A DNA stretch of 64,000 bases. It comes from Geodermatophilaceae bacterium. Its GTDB lineage: Bacteria; Actinomycetota; Actinomycetes; Mycobacteriales; Geodermatophilaceae. The stretch is taken from the NCBI GenBank assembly GCA_050999295.1, contig JBPCPI010000089.1, positions 4,533 through 68,532 of the forward strand, written 5' to 3'. The position numbers and the translations under genes are program-made. The notes under the pieces were generated by a model. It was not told the origin of the DNA, did not search any database, and saw only the letters and a program-made list of their open reading frames with translations. Shown piece by piece: positions 19,002 to 25,783 of this stretch (the first letter of the stretch is position 1; the number at the start of each line of letters is the position of its first letter).

Positions 19002-19865
19002 TCAAGCCATGACGCCGATCCTTTTGTAGAACGCGACCGTGCTCGCCACGACTTTGTCCGTAGCCTGCCGCCGGCCGGGATCTGCCAGGAGTCGCTCCCG
19101 AAAGGCGAGTGGCTCCTCGATTCCAGCATCTCGATAGACTCTTGGCTCATACAGGCCGCGCACGGATGCCTCGATGTATCGAGGCACGTAGGCCTTCGCC
19201 CGTTCGATCTCAGCCGGACTGCCCTCGTCGAGCAGGCGAAGAAAGAGGATCTTCACCAGTTGGCAGCCGAAAGCGATATGGCGGGATTCGTCCTGGTGGT
19301 GTATTCGGTTTATCGCCTGGATGGTCGGGTGCAGGGCCTTGTCCGATCCCATTCGTGCGTTGAAATAATCAACGATTCGCTCGAAGATCAAGATTCGGCT
19401 GAATACCAGGAAACTCGCCACCAGCGGGGACTCTTCATCCTCGAAGACGATCTTCCGGTCAGGATAGATCTTTCCGCCGTACCGTAGGCAGAATTCCGCG
19501 AAGAACCACATGTGCTCGTTCTCCTCACCGATGAAATGGTGGAAGAACTGAGTAGGAATCTCATAGTGCGGCGTATGGATCCGGTGCATCACTTCAATCA
19601 ACAGCTCGCGGATGCCGTGCACATTCAGACTGTAGAAATGAATGCTCTCCCATTTCGACAGCGCCAGTAGTTGTTCCTGGGTGAGCTCCTGCTCGGCTTC
19701 CGTACCGGCCACGGTCATCAGGTCCCGGCTCATCCACAGGCCATCGGTCTCGATGCGCTCTGGCCAGTCGAAGGTCGCGTACGGGTTGTAGTAGTCCTCG
19801 ATCGAAGCACGACTGAGCCGATTCACGACATCGGTGAACTGGGCCTCGTACTCCTTGACAGACAC
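19002..19865 (-). CDS. AurF-like ferritin-fold diiron oxygenase
   Basis: Two ExxH motifs (GEENEHMWFF, HHQDESRHIAFG) plus extra Glu/His helices, and EDYYNPYATFDW at the N-terminus. GTG 19865 (GAAGAGG 8 nt upstream) is preferred because the track's TTG 19952 is the TTGACA -35 box and the operator would otherwise fall inside the CDS. Confidence 0.65.
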   Translation of the reverse strand: MSVKEYEAQFTDVVNRLSRASIEDYYNPYATFDWPERIETDGLWMSRDLMTVAGTEAEQELTQEQLLALSKWESIHFYSLNVHGIRELLIEVMHRIHTPHYEIPTQFFHHFIGEENEHMWFFAEFCLRYGGKIYPDRKIVFEDEESPLVASFLVFSRILIFERIVDYFNARMGSDKALHPTIQAINRIHHQDESRHIAFGCQLVKILFLRLLDEGSPAEIERAKAYVPRYIEASVRGLYEPRVYRDAGIEEPLAFRERLLADPGRRQATDKVVASTVAFYKRIGVMA

Positions 19866-19901
19866 GCTGGTTGCCTCTTCAACATCGGTATGGCCAGTGG
19901 C

Positions 19902-19920
19902 CGTATTGGTAGGACCGCTT
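19902..19920 (-). promoter_or_regulatory. 19-bp operator AAGCGGTCCTACCAATACG, copy facing the diiron/ligase operon
   Basis: Exact reverse complement of 20079-20097. Core GGTCCTACCA. Confidence 0.7.
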
Positions 19921-20078
19921 CTACCTTGGCCCAGCTGCCCTGTGATTGTCAAGGCGCCGATGATCTAGAGCCGAGCCGCGGTCCCCGGCCGTCGGGGGCG
20001 AGGAGCCCTGGTAGGCCTGATGTCTGGCCGGTCCGACGGGCGGCCTTGACACGGCAGCTCCATCTGGACGAGGCTGGC

Positions 20079-20097
20079 AAGCGGTCCTACCAATACG
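20079..20097 (+). promoter_or_regulatory. 19-bp operator AAGCGGTCCTACCAATACG, copy facing the P450 operon
   Basis: Identical to the minus-strand site at 19902-19920. Each is preceded by a TTGACA hexamer 26-27 nt upstream. Confidence 0.7.
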
Positions 20098-20177
20098 ACT
20101 ACTGGCCTTACCGTTCCCGGAAGGGGGCAGCCGACGCTGTCTGTCCAGGAGAACGATTCCCAACCTGCTGCGGTGTG

Positions 20178-21500
20178 ATGCGTTCCGGCCAGAGACTCGA
20201 AGGAGTTGCGTTGCCTCAATCTCAACCACACGCCACTAGCACCGCCGTCACTGAAGAGAACGTCCCGGCGGTCATCTCCGCCGATACCCGCGAAGTTGCG
20301 CTCGCTTTCAATTTGTTCGACCTGCCGCCGGGGTACTTCGCTGCGCCGCATGGATGGTTCCGAGCACTGCGAAATCATGACCCGGTCCATTCGAATGGCG
20401 ACGGGACGATCCTGCTCACGAGATATGCAGACGTTCGGACGATATGGCGGGATGCGACGTCGTCGGTGGACAAAGCTGACCTGTTCGAACGCAAGTTCGG
20501 TGCGGGGCCACTCCTGGAGCACCACACGACCTCGATGCTCTTCCAGAACCCACCCAATCACGAGCGGTTGCGTTCGGTGGTCATCCCGTTCTTCTCACCG
20601 AAGTCCCTGGAACGGTTACGCGAATTCATAAACAATAAGGTGGACCGCCTCTTGGACGAGATCCAGGAGCGCGGAGAACTGGATTTCGTCATCGATTTCG
20701 CGGCAAAGATTCCTATCGCGCTCATCACCCATATCCTGGGGGTGCCAGACGAGGACGGGCCGATGCTGCGCGGATTGGGTCTGCGTGTGCTCTACCCGCT
20801 CAACCCCCGGGTTGCCGACGAGGCCATCAAGTCGGGACACGAGGCCGCCGCCGAATTCGCCGAATACATGCACGAGCACATCGTCCGGGCCCGCGCCCGC
20901 GGGCTCTCCGGGGACCCCGAGACCATCGTCGAGGCGCTGGTGGCCGCCGAGCAGGGCAGCGGGGCGATCTCAGAGGCTGAGATCGTCCACAACTGCCTCC
21001 TGGTCCTCAATGGCGGGCACACGACCACGACAGACCTTCTGGGCGTGGGGACGCACACCTTGCTCGGCCTGCCGGACGACTACCGCGCACTGGCCGAGAT
21101 GCCGGAGCGATCCGTGGCCGGGGCGATCGAGGAATTGCTGCGGTTCGTATCCCCGCTTCAGCTGCAGTCGCGCCGCACCACGCGGAAGGTCGACCTGCCC
21201 TCTGGCCAGAGCGTTCCTGCCGACACCGAGGTCTGGGTCTGCCCTGCCTCGGCCAACCGTGACGACCGCGTTGTCGACAACCCAGAGACGCTGGACCTGG
21301 CCCGCAAACCCAACGCGCATGTCGCTTTCGGACTCGGCGTCCACGTCTGTCTGGGGCGTCCGCTGGCCCGGATGGAGACGGTCAGCGCGTTCCCCAAACT
21401 CGCGCGACGCTTTCCCGAACTCCACCGCGCCGGTCCCCCGGTCTTCAACCAGAACGCTCGGTTCCGTGGGCTGGCAAGCCTTCCCGTACGTGTGTCATGA
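20178..21500 (+). CDS. cytochrome P450
   Basis: I-helix GGHTTT, EELLRF, heme loop FGLGVHVCLGRPLA. Start is ATG 20178, or TTG 20211 (AGGAG 5 nt upstream). The 609-aa track ORF is over-extended antisense into the diiron gene. Confidence 0.9.
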   Translation: MRSGQRLEGVALPQSQPHATSTAVTEENVPAVISADTREVALAFNLFDLPPGYFAAPHGWFRALRNHDPVHSNGDGTILLTRYADVRTIWRDATSSVDKADLFERKFGAGPLLEHHTTSMLFQNPPNHERLRSVVIPFFSPKSLERLREFINNKVDRLLDEIQERGELDFVIDFAAKIPIALITHILGVPDEDGPMLRGLGLRVLYPLNPRVADEAIKSGHEAAAEFAEYMHEHIVRARARGLSGDPETIVEALVAAEQGSGAISEAEIVHNCLLVLNGGHTTTTDLLGVGTHTLLGLPDDYRALAEMPERSVAGAIEELLRFVSPLQLQSRRTTRKVDLPSGQSVPADTEVWVCPASANRDDRVVDNPETLDLARKPNAHVAFGLGVHVCLGRPLARMETVSAFPKLARRFPELHRAGPPVFNQNARFRGLASLPVRVS

Positions 21501-22768
21501 GCGACAGCGGCAAGGCTCCGCGCTGCCTGATCGCCGGCGGTGGGCAGGCCGCCGCGCAGGTGGCCATCAGTCTCCGCCACGTCGGCTACGCCGGAGAAAT
21601 CACGGTGATCGGCGATGAGCCGACGGCGCCCTACCAACGGCCGCCGCTGAGCAAGGCCTACCTGAAGGGCGAGATATCTGCCGAGCAGCTCCGCTTCCGT
21701 CCAGCAGCCCTGTACGAAAAGCTGCGCGTCGAGCTACGTACAGGTCAGCGCGTCGTGACCGTTGACCGCGACAAACGCGAGATCGAGCTGGACGGCGGCG
21801 AGCACGTCCCCTTCGATTGGCTCGTCCTGAGCACTGGCGCCCGCCCGCGACCGCTGTCCGTGGCCGGAGCTGAGATCCCTCGACTACTCGCCTTGCGCAC
21901 TCTTGCCGATGCCGACCGGCTGCGCGACATGCTGACCCCTGGGCGTCGGTTGCTGATCGTTGGCGCCGGTTACTTGGGGCTCGAGGTAGCGGCTGTTGCG
22001 GCCCGGCTCGGCGTTGCGGTGACCGTACTCGAGGCAGGCGAGCGGGTACTGGCGCGAGTCGCCGGATGCGAGGTGGCCGAGTTCCTGGCTGCCGTACATG
22101 CGGATGCCGGTGTGAAGATCGTGATTAGAACAACGGTCCGCGAGCTCCTCCGCGGTCCAGACGGCGCGGCCACCGGGGTTGTCTGCTCCGACGGCCGAAG
22201 CTGGGCTGCCGACCTCGTGCTGGTCGCCGTCGGCGTGGCCCCGGAAGTGGAACTCGCCGAGGCGGCCGGCTTGCCCTGTGACAACGGGATCATGGTGGAC
22301 GGGCAGGCCCGGACCAGGGACCCGCGGATCTATGCCGCAGGCGACTGTACGAATCAGCTCGACGCCGCATCCGGCCGGCGGCTGAGGCTGGAATCGGTGA
22401 ACAACGCAGTCGAACAAGGCAAGACCGTGGCGGCTGCGATTACCGGCTCATCACCCCGTGCTGCGCAGGTCCCCTGCTTCTGGTCGGATCAATATCACGT
22501 GAAGCTGCAGACCGTGGGCGTCCTTGCCGGACATGCCGCCAGTGTCGTGCGCGGCGACCCGGCGCACGGCTCTTTCGCGGTGCTCTACCTCGACGATGGC
22601 GGCCACGTGGTCGCCGTCGACGCGGTCAACGCACCACGTGAGTTCTCCTTCGCGCGATCCCTGCTCGGAAGGCGGCCAGTCGGCGAGCCACTGCCCTCGC
22701 CGGATGCCTGGCCGCGGGTCAAATCGGCGACGCTTCCCACGTTGCTGGGGAAAACGGCGGTGCTCTGA
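21497..22768 (+). CDS. FAD-dependent NAD(P)H:ferredoxin reductase (putidaredoxin-reductase type)
   Basis: LIAGGGQAA, YQRPPLSKAYL, IVGAGYLGLEVAA, AAGDC. ATGA overlap with the P450 stop. Confidence 0.9.
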   Translation: MSDSGKAPRCLIAGGGQAAAQVAISLRHVGYAGEITVIGDEPTAPYQRPPLSKAYLKGEISAEQLRFRPAALYEKLRVELRTGQRVVTVDRDKREIELDGGEHVPFDWLVLSTGARPRPLSVAGAEIPRLLALRTLADADRLRDMLTPGRRLLIVGAGYLGLEVAAVAARLGVAVTVLEAGERVLARVAGCEVAEFLAAVHADAGVKIVIRTTVRELLRGPDGAATGVVCSDGRSWAADLVLVAVGVAPEVELAEAAGLPCDNGIMVDGQARTRDPRIYAAGDCTNQLDAASGRRLRLESVNNAVEQGKTVAAAITGSSPRAAQVPCFWSDQYHVKLQTVGVLAGHAASVVRGDPAHGSFAVLYLDDGGHVVAVDAVNAPREFSFARSLLGRRPVGEPLPSPDAWPRVKSATLPTLLGKTAVL

Positions 22769-23088
22769 TGGCCACCATCACCTATGTCGAATTCGACGGC
22801 ACCGAGCACGTGATCGAGGTTGAGGACGGCCTGTCTGTCATGGAAGGCGCCGTCAACAATGCCATCCCCGGTATCGATGCAGATTGCGGCGGCGTCTGTT
22901 CGTGCGCCACCTGCCACGTGCATGTCCCGGTCGAGTGGCGAGACGTCCTGCCCGAGCGCGCCGAACCCGAACTGGACATGTTGGAGTTCGCCCCGGACCG
23001 TGACGAGGACAGCCGTCTGAGCTGTCAGCTGGTCGTGGATTCGCGGCTCGACGGAATGGTCGTGCGGTTACCGGAATCCCAGGGCTAG
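22768..23088 (+). CDS. [2Fe-2S] ferredoxin (adrenodoxin/putidaredoxin type)
   Basis: 106 aa with CGGVCSCATCHV plus a distal SCQ cysteine. The start overlaps the reductase stop. Confidence 0.9.
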   Translation: MATITYVEFDGTEHVIEVEDGLSVMEGAVNNAIPGIDADCGGVCSCATCHVHVPVEWRDVLPERAEPELDMLEFAPDRDEDSRLSCQLVVDSRLDGMVVRLPESQG

Positions 23089-23128
23089 GCCGCAGACACC
23101 TACTCCACGTGTTGATCATGGCTGGGGT

Positions 23129-23157
23129 TTGACCATCCTCGTGAGTGGTCCTACCAT
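23129..23157 (+). promoter_or_regulatory. promoter with embedded FadR-type operator TGGTCCTACCA (GntR paralog 2)
   Basis: TTGACC (23129-23134), 17-nt spacer, TACCAT (23152-23157). The palindrome TGGT-CCT-ACCA at 23146-23156 spans the -10 box. Confidence 0.6.
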
Positions 23158-23189
23158 TTCTCGAGGCGGTCGGACCTTCGGAGGTGCAT

Positions 23190-23987
23190 GTGGTGTCACC
23201 CGGATCCGACCTTTCTAGCCTCGTGGGCGACCACTACCGCTCGGACCCGGTGTCCGCCGGGCTCTCCGATGTGATTCGCTCTTTAGCCCCAGGAGATCGG
23301 CTGCTCGGCGAACGAGACCTCGCTGTCACACTCGGGGTGAGTCGCACGGCACTGCGTGACCGGTTGCGGTTGATGGAGGGCTTGGGAGTTCTGAGGCGCA
23401 CAACCGGCTCCGGCACCTTTGTGCAGGACCTTGATCCCACCGGCCTTGCGCTTGCCCTCGACATCGCGCTGTCCTCGTCGCGCATTCCGCTCTCGGCATT
23501 GCACACGGTGCGCACGGCAATCGAACGGCAGGCTGCCATCGAAGCTGCCGGCCAACAGGATCCCGTGCTGATCGCCCATATGCGGAAGGCGGTGGACACG
23601 ATTGCCGCGTCGACCGAGGACTCCGAAGTGGACAATGCGGACTTCCACTTTCATGACACTTTGCTACGGGCTTCCGGCAACCAGGCCCTCGCGTTCTTCG
23701 CCAGCGCTCTGGGCGGAGTGCTCCACAAGTCGCTTCACGAGCGACGCATCGAAATGCGCAAGATCGCCGGTGACCGCGAGGTCATGGCACGCGTTCATCG
23801 CGACATCTATGACGCGGTGGCCTCCGGAGATTCCGTGGCCGCCGCTGCTGCTGTCGAGGAGCACTTCGCCACATTCGACCGGTTGGTGCTCGCAGCCCCG
23901 AAATTGACCACACCTTCCCAACTGACCGTTACGAATTCCGGCTCTCGGAAGACCGGTGATCCCGGCGGCGCCTTGTCTCCTGACTGA
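23190..23987 (+). CDS. GntR/FadR family transcriptional regulator (paralog 2)
   Basis: GGAGG lies upstream of in-frame GTG 23190/23193. About 90% identical by eye to paralog 3. Same wHTH block GERDLAVTLGVSRTALRDRLRLMEGLGVLRR. Confidence 0.85.
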   Translation: MVSPGSDLSSLVGDHYRSDPVSAGLSDVIRSLAPGDRLLGERDLAVTLGVSRTALRDRLRLMEGLGVLRRTTGSGTFVQDLDPTGLALALDIALSSSRIPLSALHTVRTAIERQAAIEAAGQQDPVLIAHMRKAVDTIAASTEDSEVDNADFHFHDTLLRASGNQALAFFASALGGVLHKSLHERRIEMRKIAGDREVMARVHRDIYDAVASGDSVAAAAAVEEHFATFDRLVLAAPKLTTPSQLTVTNSGSRKTGDPGGALSPD

Positions 23988-24193
23988 CATTCACACGAAG
24001 TACGCCCCGCGCCGGTCTTCAGGAATGCCTACGACCGATCATCTATCCCTGTCCGATCAGGTCCCAAGATGAGGAGCGCAACGATGCCCGCGCCGTCGAC
24101 ATGCGGATCAAGTCCTTCACGTCAGTTCGAACGCGGCACCATCACTTTCGTTCCCGGCCAACACCGCCGGCCGCCCGATGCCCTGGCTGTCCG
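23988..24193 (+). pseudogene. relic of TRAP transporter genes (dctP start context plus two dctM fragments) left by internal deletions
   Basis: 24022-24086 matches 30481-30550, including GAGGAGCGCAACGATGC. GACATGCGGATCAAGTCCTTCA matches dctM at about 33188-33210. CATCAC(T/C)TTCGTTCCCGGCC matches about 33641-33662. Confidence 0.75.
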
Positions 24194-24703
24194 GTGAAAA
24201 CGGCCTCCGGAACCGGCCTTGTCCTCGTCCGCTGCGAGGCAAGTGAGGACGTCTTCGCCGGATTGTTGATGGTCTTCGACGATCTGGGCGTCGATGCTGC
24301 ATCGGTCAGCGGGATGGTGGGCAGCCTTCAGCGGGTGGAGTACGCGACAGCGGTGTGCGACCCCCGCGGGCGCCCTGGCTATAGCCGCAGCGTCATACGG
24401 ACTGGTCCCATCGAGATCGGGTCCGCACAGGGTCACCTGGGCCGGAATCCAGCCGGCCGACCTGAGCTGCATTTGCACGGGGTCTTCTTCACCGACGTCG
24501 GAACGGTGTTCGGCGGACACGTCGTCCAGGCCGAGGTCCTCGTCACCGTCGAGGTCGCCCTCATCCCCGATCGCGATGTCGGCTGGAGCAGGGACTACGT
24601 ACGAGTCAAAGGATCGGATCTGCTACCTGTCCTGCAACCGATCAACACGGAGGGTAACGCTAGTGCGCCGTTACTGAAGTGTTTTGACGGTTCGCTTTGG
24701 TGA
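24194..24703 (+). CDS. PPC (DUF296) domain protein, copy A (GTG start, altered 3' end)
   Basis: Near-identical to 33697-34167 (…ELHLHGVFFTDVGTVFGGHVVQAEVLVTVEV…). A 1-nt difference removes the original stop and reads into the IS630 remnant. Confidence 0.55.
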   Translation: MKTASGTGLVLVRCEASEDVFAGLLMVFDDLGVDAASVSGMVGSLQRVEYATAVCDPRGRPGYSRSVIRTGPIEIGSAQGHLGRNPAGRPELHLHGVFFTDVGTVFGGHVVQAEVLVTVEVALIPDRDVGWSRDYVRVKGSDLLPVLQPINTEGNASAPLLKCFDGSLW

Positions 24704-25205
24704 GGATCTGTTCTGCGGTCTTGGTCCAGACGAACGGGTGTGCTCGGTTGTTCCAGCCATCGATGAAGGCTCGGATCTTGGCGGTCAGTTCGGTCACCGA
24801 GCGAAAGGTGCCGCGGTGGATGGCTTGGCGTTCGATGATCCCGAACCAGACCTCGACCAGATTCATCCACGAGGCCGAGGTCGGGGTGAAGTGCACCCGG
24901 ATTCGCGGGTTGGCTTCGAGCCAGTCTCGGATCTCGACGCGTTTGTGGGCGGCGTAGTTGTCCATCACCAAGTGCAGTTCGACGTCGGGATGAAGTAGCA
25001 GAGCGGGAGGACGCTCAGCGACATGGCACCGACCGGAGCCAGGCGCACGCCCATTCCAGGGTCCGGATTGTTCGTCGTCTCGCGCGACGGTCGGCTGACC
25101 GAAGACGAGCGGTCTGCGATAGGCACTGTCGGCGAAACCGCCGCGAATGCGTGGCTGAAACACCAAGTACCAGCAGCTCCAGTGGCGCAGCGGGTTCGCC
25201 GCCAC
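24660..25205 (-). pseudogene. IS630-family transposase remnant (C-terminal DDE part only, 5' part degenerate)
   Basis: LHLVMDNYAAHKRVEIRDWLEANPRIRVHFTPTSASWMNLVEVWFGIIERQAI...FVWTK is typical of an IS630 C-terminus. The upstream about 75 aa do not form the N-terminal HTH. Confidence 0.75.
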
Positions 25206-25206
25206 A

Positions 25207-25525
25207 TTGATCGGCGACCCGGAAGTGTCAGACTCGCTCGGGTACGACTTCGAGGTCGTCTCTGGGAGGATGACGCTGATATTCGAAGTGAAGTCGGCGC
25301 GCGCGGAGCCCGCTGGTCTGCTCGAATTCGAGATGGGTGAGTCGGAGATTCGGACCGCCGCAGGCGAACGCTCGCAACGACCGCTACCGGATTCTGCTGA
25401 TCACCTCAGTTCTTGATCCGATCGAGCGCCGAATTCATGTTCTGCCCAATCCGTTCAGTGAGCGGGGCCGTGGTCAATACCGAGTCAACGGCCGTGGCCT
25501 GCGCTACCAGTGCGCTCCTGGCTAG
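25207..25525 (+). pseudogene. C-terminal fragment of a DUF3883-type (nuclease-fold) protein, truncated and frameshifted
   Basis: GYDFEVV...LIFEVKSA...EFEMGESEIRTA continues in another frame as NDRYRILLITSVLDP. There is no N-terminal part. Confidence 0.5.
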
Positions 25526-25566
25526 CAACTGCGATCCTCCGCGTTGCACTGCCACGACTCGGAATC

Positions 25567-25613
25567 GGTTCTTAAGGTGCGGGTTACGGGTTCGATTCCC
25601 GTGGGCCCACCAA
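25567..25613 (+). other. orphan tRNA 3'-end fragment (possible att remnant)
   Basis: T-arm ACGGG-TTCGATT-CCCGT followed by GGGCCCACCA. No complementary 5' acceptor strand within 100 nt upstream. Confidence 0.45.
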
Positions 25614-25783
25614 TCATCTCACTTCTTCCGCTGATGCTTGACGTTTCGGTTTCGGGTGATGGCTGACGTTATGTCGGCTGTCCTGGAAAGCCTGCTGCCA
25701 AGCCACCGAAATTCCGTTGTCCGGGCGGTTCCACCTCATGGCGCGAGAGAATTCCGGCTCGAGCCGGAGAAGACCTGATGAGG

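Noticed and set aside
19671-20177. N-terminal about 170 codons of the 609-aa track ORF that ends as the P450
   Set aside because: This part is antisense to the diiron oxygenase gene and crosses the divergent promoter and operator. P450 homology only begins after about aa 190, so the real start is 20178 or 20211.
25530-25613. Possible complete tRNA (class II with long variable arm, loop CTCGGAA)
   Set aside because: There is no 5' acceptor strand complementary to GGGCCCA or TGGGCCC. The anticodon stem pairs only 3 bp and there is no D-arm. I report only a 3' fragment.
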